Source: Paraspadella gotoi (Eukaryota > Animalia > Chaetognatha). Taken from it: a stretch of 64,000 nucleotides of DNA. Position numbers and translations under genes: made by a program. The notes under the pieces are model-generated. The model was not told the DNA's origin. It saw only the letters and a list, made by a program, of their open reading frames with translations, and ran no database searches. Where the stretch lies: the NCBI GenBank assembly GCA_051294375.1, contig CM119264.1:28059778-28123777 (forward strand), in the 5' to 3' direction. This document shows positions 34,756-47,866 of the stretch, piece after piece (positions within the stretch are counted from its first letter, which is position 1; every line of letters starts with the position of its first letter).

Positions 34756-37700
34756 TATCATAATTCGGGACCGACGGACCGACAAAATAAGCAGATAAGC
34801 AGATCCGACTAAAAACGATTTCTTATTTCGTTTTTTTTCCGCTACAGTTGACGCCATCGTGACCAGGATATAGGTAGCGGTAGCAGCATTAAAAAAATCC
34901 ATTATTGGTATTAGTTATTGTGTTAAAACATTTTTGGCAAATATATTCCGAACCATGAGTAATTCGCTAATTAAAATTATTATATTGCTGGATATTTTGG
35001 ATATTTTAAGTTTTTTAATTGATACTGATTACCCCACTTCTCATCAAAATATTGAAAAAAGAATTATACTTTGTAAAGATAACTTTTCATAAGCTATTTA
35101 AATCAGCTTTTAAAAATACAAAATTTAAAAAAGATTTTTGACTTTTTCTTTCTATAAATAATATTTAAAAAAATATAATATCATCACAGATGAATAAAAC
35201 GCGGAAACAGAGAAAAGGATTAAGGAAGAGGATTCCGGAAGAGGAAGAAGATTATAATTAGAGACAGTTTGAGTTTAGTTTTTACAACGATTTTATTTTA
35301 ATGTAAAACAGACATGTTTCGGCTTCATTTCAAGCCTTCAAACTGTCTCTAATCGTCCCAAACAACGAAAAGAAAGGATTTATATCACCATATATATGAT
35401 ATAATATTTAATATATACATATATATATATATATAATTTTGGTCCATTAAAAGTTTGTTTTAAAAATGTATGAAGTTTCATTTCAAATCAAACTTCTGAC
35501 CCACCCCATTGACATAGATTAGCCCTAATATGAGGATAGACAGATTGTCAGACAACAACGAAAATGACAGCAAAAAACTTGTCTGTTTCCGTAGAGAGAT
35601 TTATTTAAAAGCGAAAAGTCGTAAGACAGAAAATGTTTCCTGGGAAAATGGGTATCTAGCTAAAGGTACGTTCTAACTAGTCTCTCATCAGGGAAAAGAG
35701 GTAAGTAGGGTAAGGAATATATTGGTAATAAGTAACTATAACAAAGGGAACAAGGGTACATAAAAGGGAGAGAAGGGAGAGGGAAGGTTTGCAGACCCCG
35801 AGACCGAGAGGAGAAGTTGAGAGAGTGAGTCCGATCTCCAAGACTCTATCCGTGACTCCGTGGATGAAGAGGAGGGGATGACGAGGGGAGGAGGAGGCGT
35901 TGAGAGGGGGAAGAGAAGGCCCGGGGGAGAGAGACGTTCTGGCGGTAAGGTGAGCCTCTATCTTGGTTTCTTTACCCATCGGTTTAAGAGAAATCCTACA
36001 TTTTACGGTTTTTTTCAAATATGCAAATGTGATTCTCGTTGTCAGGAACGAAAAGGGTTGTCGAGGCCGTGACTTTGTCGTTGTTGTTGTTGTTGTTGTT
36101 AATGTTGTTGTCGTTGTTGATGTTGTTTTCTTTCCCCGTTGGAAAGAAAAATTAGTGATTCTCGATCGGCTCGTTTCTTCGCCGTATTTTTTCGACAGCT
36201 TAAGCAACGATTTCCGATTGGCTTATTTCCACCTGCAATCCAGGTATCTACAAAATCAGATACTCCTAATTTGCTTCTTTCTGCATCAAGTTCTAATATT
36301 AGCATATCACTCTTGATAAGCTCTGCATCTCGTTCCAGTGATAGCATAGTTCAGCATTCCCGATTGGCTTATGGACTATATCTCATCCGGGCAACTGCAA
36401 AGTCAAAAGATTCCCGATCGGCTTATGGGTTGCATCTCATCCGGGCAATTGCAAAGTCAAGTTTTTCTCCCCGATTGGCTTTTTTCTCTCTGCGTCTCAT
36501 CCAATTTGCGTTCGCGTTCGGTTTATTTTCCAATTTATTCCGCTGCTTTTTTTTTCTTCTTTTCTTAAATTCAATTTGGGCGAAAAAAGAGGGAAAAAAA
36601 TTTGTAAGAGAAAAAAAAACTATTAAATTTTTTCTCGAGGGAAAATAAAAAAAAAGAGAGAAAATAATAATAAAATTAAAAAAAAAAAACACTCGCAAAA
36701 AGAGAGAAAAAAGAAAGAGAAAAGGGGAGAGAGAAAGAAAAGAAGATGGAAATTGCGTATTTGCGTGACCAAGTCTCAATTGATTCTTATGCAATTCCCA
36801 ATAAAACTTTCCCTTTCTTGTCTTTGATCGCCTTTCCGAACGAAGGAACGAACGAGGGAACGAATGAACGAACGAAAAGAACGAAGGAACGAAAAGAGCG
36901 AACGAACGAATGAATGAATGAAAGAACGAAGAAACAAAGGAACAAAGGAACGTAGAAACGAACTTAAGAACGAACCTAACAACGTATTTAAGAACCAACT
37001 TAAGACTAAACTTAAGAACGAACGTAAGAACGAATGAACGAACGAGCGAACGAAGTTAAGAATTAGGTGACAAACTCTTCTCCAATTTAGTTAAACTTAA
37101 AGACAGGAACCTTGATCTTTACTTCTTCGTCATTCAGCAACCAAATGCAAAATAGGTTTGATTTCACCGCCATTATTAACCTGGTTTTGAAACTAACTAA
37201 AGAATTAATTTTAGATTATTAAAAACTTTAAATTAAAACATCTGATTCCTATTGATACTTCATCCTTTTAAAAACGGTATAATTATGTCGAGAGCCAAAA
37301 AAAAAGAGGCGCGTATCAAAAACTGAAAACGAAAATATTGATATATTGAAAAAAATGATATTTCCCTTTTGTTTGATGCGAAAAAAAAAGAGAAAAAAAT
37401 GAAAAATGCGGGGACGAAAAAAGAATTTTTTTAAATCTTTTCTGTTGTTTTTTTTTCTGTTTTTTTTTTCAAGTTTTGTTGTTTTGTTTGTTTTTTTCAG
37501 ATCCGAGTTTGTGGGCGACGCGTCCTTCCTCGTTAATCGTCTCCATCCACGTCTGGCATCTGGCGGGGGAATAGTCGTTGTCGTCGTCGTCGTCGTCGTC
37601 GTCGTCATCGTTGTCATCGTTGTCGACGTTTAAACAAGCGAAATGGGGGAAAAAAAAAAAGAATAAAAGAACGTCCGTCCCCGGGATTCGAACTCCGGAC

Positions 37701-38219
37701 TTTTCGCGAATTCGGTCCACGTCTTCGCGAATTCGAAGACGAGAAAATAAAAACGTCTTCGAGAAGCGAATTGCGCGTCGGTTCCTCCTCCTCCTCTTCC
37801 TCCTTCTCTTCTTCCTCTTCTCTTTCCTCGCGCTTTTCCTCCCTTTTCCTCCTCTCGCCCTTTTACACTTTTCTCTCTTTCCTTCCTCCATTTACTTTCT
37901 CCTTTCCTCCCTTAAACCATCTCAATTGTCTCCTCTCCTTTTTTTATTTTCCTTTTCCATCTCACCTTCTCTTTTCCCTCTTCTACTTCCTCCTTTCTCC
38001 TCCTCCTCCTCCTCCTCCTCCTACTTCGCCTCATCGTCGGCGCGACGTCGCCTTCTCTTCCTCTTTCGATAAAAAAAAAAAGGCTGGACCAGTCGTAGTC
38101 ATCGACATCATTATCATCGTCGTTATCATCATCATCATCAGCATCATCTTCATCATCATAATGATAATCTTCATCATTATCACCTTCATCATTGTCATTA
38201 TCATCATCATTGTAAATTA

Positions 38220-38358
38220 AATTTAGAAGTTAGATTTAGATTTAGAATTTAGATTTAGAATTTAGAATTAGAATAAAGATTTAGAATTTAGATTTAGAAT
38301 TTAGATTTAGAATTTAGATTTAGAATTTAGATTTAGATTTAGAATTTAGATTTAGAAT
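38220..38358 (+). repeat. 13-bp satellite (tttagatttagaa)n; inverted copy ~42940-43070
   Basis: Directly visible tandem units. Confidence 0.9.
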
Positions 38359-38835
38359 CCTCAACTTGAATTTTATTGTTTCCATTATTTATTTAAACCA
38401 TTTGAAAGCACTGTCCGAGCAAGCGTCATAAAATGTGGGTTTTTTTTTCAATAAATATTTATTTAAATTTTGGAATCATTATAAGTGATGGTCCTTTAAA
38501 CGCTATTTCGAATGTGCCCGCTGTCAGAAGTCATACAAATTCGAATGTATATACCATATAGCATACCCGTCCTTTTCATACTCCACAAAACCACTGACGT
38601 CAATAAAACTCGACAGAGAGCGATCACTTTATCCCGTCTGCTCTCCGCATTTTCTAAGGTAAAAAACAAAAAAACATCGCGGTTCAGTTTTTCTCATTTC
38701 GGTTTTTGTGACTCTTTTGTTCTCTCTCTCTCTCTCTCTTTGAGCGTCTGTCTCCGTCTGACTCTCTACGTCTCTGTCTGTCGCCGGTTAAGCGGTGGGT
38801 TCAAAAGGGCGCCATGTGAGAGAATCCTCTCTCTC

Positions 38836-38891
<56 letters not shown>

Positions 38892-39494
38892 TATCTTCTG
38901 TCTCTCTCTTCTCTCTCCCAAACCGCCCTCACATGCATGGCGTTCGAGTGCAGGTAGGCATTTGCATGAATCATTAATCGCCTGATCGGGGGGGCGACTG
39001 CGGGGGAGTCTGGAGGTGAAGGCCATCGACCAATATATGAGCATTTCTCCGTCGCTCGCTCGGTTGTCATCCGAATTGATTCCTCGAGTCTTCGATTCGT
39101 CCATCTTGTTCCTGTAGGAAGAAGAGGAGGAAGAAGAGGAGGAGAAGGATGAAGAAGAGGAGGTCAATCGAGTTGACTAAGGGGTAGAATTTGGTAAGGG
39201 TTCGGGCTGCAGTAGTCAAGGTAAGGTAGAGATAAAGTATGGGGTTGTCGGAGTAAAGTCGACAAAAAAAGTCATCTGCAGGAGATGCGTCGTGTGGCAG
39301 AGAAATTGATTTCATATGGAGGGTCATTTTTATCTGGGTCAGAAGAAAAACAATGTAGTAAACCACAGTTACCAACCACAGTCGCTTCTTAAATGTCTAC
39401 AGTTGGCTTTTCTATTTCATTCGCTCATCTCTATGATTATTAATGTGTGGCTCTGGTTAAATTATTGGTTTATACAATATACAATATACAATAT

Positions 39495-39670
39495 GAAATT
39501 GGTACAACCAATATAAAAATTATCCATTCATTTAATAAATAAGCTATCTTGCCCCTGACTTTGGACAGGCTTTGGTGGTTTAAGGCCTCCATCACTCTTA
39601 CAAGATAATGACATAGCAGGTCCCTGCAAGCTTTCAATCAAGACTCTCTCACAGTCTCGTTTATTAGTAT
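39495..39670 (-). repeat. Dispersed repeat family (copies 3555-3700, 3855-3980, 13075-13500, 41530-41720, 50420-50730), possibly a Penelope-type pLTR
   Basis: Shared core attatccattcatttaataaataagctatcttgcccctgactttggacaggctttggtggtttaaggcc; occurs as partial tandem copies. Confidence 0.6.
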
Positions 39671-40242
39671 ATTAGTCCCAAGCCGAGTCGCCCTCTTCGT
39701 TTACTGATTACTTTTTCCGATGGAATATTGTCTGCAAGACTTTCATATTCTTTTTTTCCTTTTTTATTTTACGCATTTTTTTTTCTACTCTTCCTCTTCT
39801 CTTTCCTTTCATATTTTAGAGCTATTAACTTTTCCTACCTTCCCCTCAGTTTATTCTGTACTATCCCAGTTTTTCTCTTCCAAATTTTTCTAACTTTCTC
39901 TTCTTTACTAGTCTTTAGTTTCTCATTTGTTAAGCTTATATGTTCTCCCTTTTCTTTTCTTTGTTAATCAGCTTCCCATTTTTCCTACCTTCCTCTCTCC
40001 TCCTTATTATATGTTCTTCCTTTTCTTTTCTTTGTTAATCATCTTCCCATTTTTCCTACCTTTCTCTCTCCTCCTTATTATATGTTCTCCCTTTTCTTTT
40101 CTTTGTTAATCAGCTTCCCATTTTTCATACCTTCCTCTCTCCTCCTTATTCCTCACATCCCAACCTCCTTCCAAAAATAGGCAATAGAGAAAAGCGGTTT
40201 CTGAAACGAGTTCTCTCTCTCACCATCGTTTCCTGTTTTTTA

Positions 40243-40277
<35 letters not shown>

Positions 40278-40313
40278 NNNNNNNNNNNNNNNNNNNNNNN
40301 NNTCTCTTTTCTG

Positions 40314-40351
<38 letters not shown>

Positions 40352-40486
40352 TTCTCTCTCTTCTCTCTCTCTCTCTTCTCTCTCTCCTCTCTCTCTCTCT
40401 CTTCCCCATACCGGCTCAGCATCGCAAAGGAGTTAACCTGAGATCTGGCACGCAAAAATCAACTTAGGTGAGAGAGAGAGAGAGGA

Positions 40487-40547
<61 letters not shown>

Positions 40548-42275
40548 AAAAACAGGAAAACGATGGTGAGAGAGAGAACTCGTTTCAAGAAACCGCTTTT
40601 CTCTATTGCCTATTTTTGGAAGGAAGGTTGGGAATGTGAGGAATAAGGAGGTAGAGGAAGGTAGGAAAAATGGGAAGCTGATTAACAAAGAAAAGAAAAG
40701 GGAGAACATATAATAAGGAGGAGAGAGGAAGGTAGGAAAAATGGGAAGATGATTAACAAAGAAAGAAAAGGGAGAACATATAATAGGAGGAGAGAGGAAG
40801 GTAGGAAAAATGGGAAGCTTGATTAACAAAGAAAAAAAAGGGAGAACATATAAGCTAGGAATGAGAGAATAAGCGTAAAGGCAAAGAATGTTGGAAGCTA
40901 TTTGGAAAGCGAAAAAAAGGATAGACAAGAATAATGAGGAGGAGAGGAGGAAAGAAGTCTATATGAAAAGATACGAAGAGGAAGAGTAGAAAATACGTAA
41001 CAGATAAAAAAGGAAGAAAATATAATAGTCTTTGAGAGAGAGTATTCATGAAAAAGTCAGTAGGAAATGGTCATTACAAAGCATAAGCAAGAAGTAATCA
41101 TTGATTATAGGGCAAGAATTCGAGAAAGTAGCATATAGCTGGCATCGTAACACAAAAAAGAAAGAAATATTTAATAATGTAGGAGAGATGTTTAAGTCAG
41201 GTTTTTAAAATGGGAATATTAAAAAATGGGTTTAAGATTTAAATGGGTAAAGCATATACTTAATATTAAAGATTTGTAAAAGAAGAGAAAGTTAAGAAAA
41301 ATTTGCGAAGAGAAAAACTGGGATAAGTAGCACGAATAAATTGAGGGGAAGGTAGGAATAGTAATAGCTCTAAAATATGAAAGGAAAGAGAAAGGAAAGA
41401 TAGAAAAAAAAATGCGTAAATAAAAAAAGGACAAAAGAAGAATATTGAAAAGTCTTGCAGACACAATATTCAATCGGAAAAAGTAATCAGTTAAACGAAG
41501 TAGAGGACGATCGGCTTCGGGACTAATAACTATAACGAGACTGTGAGAGAGTCCTTGATTGTAAAGCTTGCAGGGACCTGCTAATGTCCTTATCTTGTAA
41601 AGTGATGGAGGCCTTAACCACGCAAAGGCCTGTCCAAAGTCAGGGGGCAAGATAGCTTATTTATTAAATGAATGGATAATTTTATATTGGTTGTACGCAA
41701 TTATCATATTGATTATATTGGTATATTGTATAATCGCAATAATTTTAACCAGAGCCACACATTAATAATCATAGAGATGAGCGAATGAAATGAAAAGCCA
41801 ACTGTAAGACATTTAAGAAGCGACTGTGGTTGGTAACTGTGGTTTTACTACATTGTTTTTTTCTTCTGACCCCAGATAAAATGACCCTCCATATGAAACT
41901 CAATTTCTCTGGCCACACGACGCATCTACCTGCAGATGACTTTTTTTGTCGACTTTACTCCTGAAACCCCATACTTTATCTCTACTTACCTTGACTACTG
42001 CAGCCCGAACCCTTACCAAATTCTACCCCTTAGTCAACTCGATTGACCTCCTCTTCTTCATCCTTCTCCTCTCCTTCTTCTCCTCTTCTTCCTACAGGAA
42101 CAAGATGGACGAATCGAAGACTCGAGGAATAATTCCGGGCTACGACGACGACGAGGAATGCTCATTATATCGGTCGATGGCATTCACTCTCCAGACTCCC
42201 CGCAGTCGCCCCCCCATCAGTCTGATTCAATGATTCATGGCAAATGAACGCGATAGAGAGGGAGTGGGGGGGTTG

Positions 42276-42310
<35 letters not shown>

Positions 42311-42311
42311 G

Positions 42312-42343
<32 letters not shown>

Positions 42344-45300
42344 AGGAGAGAAGAAAAAGAGAGAGAAGAGAGGATTCTGCTCACATGGCGCCCTTTTGGA
42401 ACGCCACACCGGGCTTACCGGCGACAAAAGAGACAAGAAAGACGGAGAAGTCAGACGGAGACGAGCGCTTCATAAAGAGAGAGAGAGAGAGGAAGAGCAG
42501 AAGAGAGAGAGAGAGAGAGAGAGAGGAGGGAGGAGAGAGAGAGAGAGAGAGAGAGAGCAAAGAGTCACAAAAACCGAATGAGAAAAACTGAACCGCGGAT
42601 GTTTTTTTGTTACCTTAGAAAAATGCGGAGAGCAGGACGGGATAAAAGTGATCGCTCCTCTGTCGAGTTTTAATTTGACGTCATGTGGTTTGTGGAGTAT
42701 GAAAGGGACGGGTATGCCTATACATGGGTAATATACTATTCGAATTTGTATGACTTTCTGACAGCGGCCAACATTCGAATGCGTTTAAAGGACGCATCAG
42801 ATTTATAATGATTTCCAAATTTAAAATAAATATTTTTATTGAAAAAAAAACCACATTCTAATGACGCTTGCCTGCCGACAGTGCTTTCAAATGGTTTAAA
42901 TAAAATAATGGAAACAATAAATTCAAGTTGAAGGATTCCTAAATCTAAATTCTAAATCTAAAATCTAAATCTAATCTAAAATTCTAAATCTAAATTCTAA
43001 ATCTAAATTCTAAATCTTTATTTAATTCTAATTCTAAATCTAAATTCTAATCTAAATCTAACCTTCTAATTTAATTACAATGATGATGATAATGACAATG
43101 ATGAAGGTGGGAAAATAATGATGAAGATTATCCATTATGATGATGAAGATTGATGCTGATGATGATGATGATAACGACGATGATTAATGATGTGATGACT
43201 AGACTGGTCCAGCTTTTTTTTTATCGAAAGAGGAAGAGAAGGCGACGTCGCGGGCCGACGATGAGGCGAAGTAGGAGAGGAGAGGAGGAGGAGGAGAAAG
43301 GAGGAATAGAGAGGGAAAAGAGAAGGTGAGATGGAAAAGGAAAATAAAAAAAAAGGAGAGGGAGACATTGAGATGGTTTTAAGGAGGAAAGGAGAAAGTA
43401 AATGGAGGAAGGAAAGAAGAGTAAAAGTGTAAAAGGGCGAGAGAGGAAAGGGAGGAAAAGCGCGAGGAAAGAGAAGAGGAGAAGAGAGAAGGAAGTGAGG
43501 AGGAGGAGGAACCGACGGCGCAATTCGCTTCTCGAAGAGTTTTTTTTTTCGTCTTTCGGAATTCGCGAAAGACGTGGACCTGATTCCGCGAAAGTTCCGG
43601 AGTTCCGAATCCCGGGGACGGACGTTCTTTTAATTCTTTTTTTTTTTCCCCATTTCGCTGTTTAAACGTCGACAACGATGAACCGATGACGAACGACGAC
43701 CGACGAAACGACGACGACAACGACTATCCCGCCCCGCCAGATGCCAGACGTGGATGGAGACGATTAACGAGGAAGGACGCGTCGCCCACAATCTCGGAAT
43801 CTGAAAAACAACAAAACAAACAAAAACTTGAAAAAAAACAGAAAAAAAAACAACAGAAAAGATTTAAAAAAATTCTTTTTTCTCCCCGCATTTTTTCATT
43901 TTTTTTTTTTTTTTCGCATCAAACAAAAGGGAATATCATTTTTTTCAATAATCAATATTTTCGTTTCATTTTTTGATACGCGCCTCTTTTTTTTTGGCTC
44001 TCGACATAATTATAATCCCGTTTTTTAAAAGGATGAGTATAATAGGAAATCAGATGTTTTAATTTAAAAGTTTTTATAATCTAAAATTAATTCTTTAGTT
44101 AGTTTTCAAAACCAGGTTAATATGGCGGTGAAATCAAACCTATTGTTGCATTTGGTTGCTGAAAATGAACGAAGATAGGTAAAGAATCAAGGTTCCTGTC
44201 TTTTAAGTTTTAACTAAATTGGAGATAGAGTTTGTCACCCTATTCTTATCGTTCGCGTCGTTCGTCCAATTCGTTCTTACGTTCGTTCTTAAAGTTTAGT
44301 TTAAGTTGGGTTCTTACCATAGTTGTTAGGTGAGAGAAAAAGAGAGAGAGAGAAAGAGAGAGAGAGAGAAACCCGGCTTTAGATCGAAAGACTTTTTTCT
44401 GGGTTACGCGCCAAATAGAAATGTCAAGTTGGAAATTAAAAAAATAGAGAGAATGAGCTGGAGTGAAAGAAAAAGGTGGAATGAGCTGGAGTGAAAGAAA
44501 AAGGAAGAAGATTGTAAGAACCTAATATAATCTTATCCCTTTCACATAAGAATTAAAGATTTAAAGTTTAGCTAAAATCCGGTTATTTTCCTGTTAAGAT
44601 TGGGGATTTTTTTCGTAATGACAGATAAGTATCTAGTATCTATAATTCAATAATTTCGTTAATTTATGCAACCAAGTTTTGAGGTCTAAAAGGTTTTCAA
44701 AAAAATTCAAAACGTTCAAAACTAATTCGATATCGTAACAGAACCACTTTTTTATTCAAAAAAATTAAAAAAAAAATAAATTTACTAAATAGAAATGAAT
44801 AAAATGCAAAAATATATGAAAGAATAAGTTTAAATCACGGTGTCAACGTTTTCTTTAATATTCACACGTTCTGAAAAATATATCAAGTGGACTTTTGTTT
44901 ACTCGGCTTTAAAAATTATCCTTGAGATGTCGAAATAGATAAAAGACAAGTGGAAGAAAACAAAATAGCAGTCAATGAAAGTTTTAAGAGAAAGAAAGAG
45001 AGAGTAAGAAAATTTTGAGAGTAAGAAAAAGAAAATGTCATCTATTTCTTTTCTCATGTTTTTAATAACTAGAAAAGAATCGATCCTCACTCAATATTCA
45101 TTGTTTATTGGTAAGCTAAGTTAAAACGGCATATTATCATAATGGACTTTCCGAGGGAACTAAAAATTCTACGAATTCAAATTCAAAGGTTATTTGAAAT
45201 AACCCAGATAGCCTCGGCCAAACCCTTTTTCCTCTTCTTTAAATTATTCGTCGACGCGACTCTCGATCGCGAATCGGGAACTTGAGACCAAGATGTGGAA

Positions 45301-45776
45301 TCTTTGGCCGTCGGACTTCGAGCCGTTCTGCTCCTAAGGCGACTCTTGCATTGCGCACCACGAAGGCCAATACAGAGGAGATTAAAAAATAAATTGAATA
45401 AAAAAATTATTGGGAACAAAAACTGTCATGTTTGTTTTAGTTTATGCCATTTGAAATCATGATTAGATTAATTTAATGTTACAGAAAAATAAAAACCTAG
45501 GTATTCGTTAACAAAATAACTTTTTGGTTATCAAATTTAATAAAAAGCAGAAATTAGTGTTGACTGCAGTTTTATTCATTAAGTTTTATGTATATCGAGT
45601 TAAAAAAACCGTTTAGAGAAAAAAAAGCAACTATTAGCACTAAAATTGAATTATGTTAATGGTATCATTATTTCATTAAAAGTGACCACAGACGCAGTTT
45701 GGTTTTTTCCGAATAATTTAAATTCCGCTTCTGGGCTCCTTCAATATAACCGAACGGTAAAGAAATCCAGAGATCC

Positions 45777-45860
<84 letters not shown>

Positions 45861-46611
45861 AATTGGCGTATCTTTTGTGAATATTTTCTCTTTTTTTTTG
45901 GTTACTTTTATAACCTTTTTATTTACAAAAATCCTACTAAGTTTGAATGATTTAGTTAATCATGGAAATTCGTTTATCAACACTATTTTAATCCTCAATT
46001 CATAATTTTTCTTTTTATCTTTTATCTTGTTTTTTATAATCTTCTCTTTTCGGCAGAAAGAAAATCCTTTTGATGCCAAAGGCCAATTTTTAAGAATCAA
46101 CAAAATTTTTTTTCTAAATCCTAGAATTGATTCTTCGCGATCCTCCTACGACATTTCCCTGTCGTCGTCGTCGTCGTCGTCTTTGTGGTCGTCGTCGTCG
46201 TCGTCCTCGTTGGTCAAACATTCTTCGCCACTTTCATGGGCCTTGAAGGAGCCAATGACATCGAATACAACATTGTCATCTCTTCTACGTTTCTGCCATC
46301 AATGTCCTCGTACGTTTGTCCTCCTTGGCTTTGACCTCAGCCCAAGTAGTCGTCGTCGAGGTCGCCGTCGCCGCGCTGATTTTGCGGCTCAGTCCTTGTG
46401 ATGAAAAAGAAGAAATCTGTGACAATTCTGTGACGATTCTGTGGCGGTTTATTCAAAAGTGATGTGACCCAGGAGTCGGTCTAGATGCACCCTTAACAGT
46501 AACGCTGATATAATTCCCTTTTGTTTCGTCTTGTTTTTTTCCGGATTCTTCTTTGAAAAGATAAAATTAAAAAACAATTTTTCACCAACAATAACAAAAA
46601 CAACAACGAAG

Positions 46612-47768
46612 ATGAAGAAGATATTGAAAAACAAAAGACACTCGACGGGCGACCTCTTTGGTGAGTTTCAATTATTTCTTTCGCTGCTTAAGGGTGAATA
46701 TCATTTATAGATATCTTCACAAAGTGAATAAGTTCTCTACGACTCACCCCACCCTCTCACGGCCCCTCACCCTTTCTCCTCACCAGAGATTCAAACTCAC
46801 CCTCTCCCAATTCGACGTCGCGCGTCTGACCGAATCGCCTCCACTCACCTCACGACGCCGCCTGTGATTTGGGAAGAGACAGAGTCGGTCCATTCCTCAC
46901 CTCGGACAAAATTCGCGTCGAAGGATTTGGCAAATCCGGATTTAACAAATCTCTATCACGTGAAACAAGACGTCGCAAATCTGGATTCTAAGAACCTGGA
47001 TTTATTAGAAGGCGAAGATTTTAAAAATCTGGATCAGAAAAATCGTAATTCGAAAAATCTCGACGCGGAAAATAAGAATGGAACGAAAAAGTCACTGATT
47101 GCTCCTGAGGGAGAGAAAGATTTGCTGAATGACGACAAAGATATAATCAACGACAAATCATTCGAGGAGAAAAGAAAATTCAATGGGAAAGATTTATCCC
47201 TAAATCTTTCCAAGGAGGCGAAGGAGACATTGCCCGCCGACGCGGCTTTCCACGTCCCTTCGGGCACGCGAGGGCAGTCTCTTTTTCTTTCGTCCTCTCC
47301 TCGGTCTCCTCCCTCTCTTCCTCATCCTCCCCCTCCTCCCTCTCTTCCTCGTCCTCGTCGGCCTCCTCCTCCCCTTCCTCCTTCCAGAAACGGGGGTAAG
47401 GTCGGAGGTAAGGTCGATCGAAAATCGGATCATCGATCGACGGCTTTCGCCTCTTGCTTACCAGGAGAAACGAACTTACCTCGAGTTCAGGACGCCGAGA
47501 AAGTAGAGTCGTCCAGAAAGAAAGTGATACTCGAAATCTATTCCGTGAGTGGATTTAACTTACCCAAAGAAACGCCGACCGAGGGCGACTTACCCGAGAA
47601 TGGAATCTTGGCGAGGAAACGTAACTTACCCCACGAATCGGATTCGCCGATCGAACGAAACTTACCTTTTCGATTCGCGGCAGAAAGTTCGCGACGATTC
47701 AACGCGACGAAAAGAAACTCGTTTTCCTTTGATTTCGTCTCCGCCAGAGGGAAAAACGATGGTTGGCG

Positions 47769-47805
<37 letters not shown>

Positions 47806-47829
47806 GAGACGAGACGAGAGAGCGATTAG

Positions 47830-47866
<37 letters not shown>

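Larger units (their letters stand above)
36980..44330. repeat. Large fold-back duplication around N gap 40278-40301
   Basis: About 36980-40277 is mirrored by 40500-44330; the right arm carries many random indels. Confidence 0.9.

Noticed and set aside
36980-44330. Giant palindrome as a biological structure (also 59901-63716)
   Set aside because: Centred on N gaps flanked by (AG)n, with random indels between arms; typical of fold-back reads or gap-filling errors.
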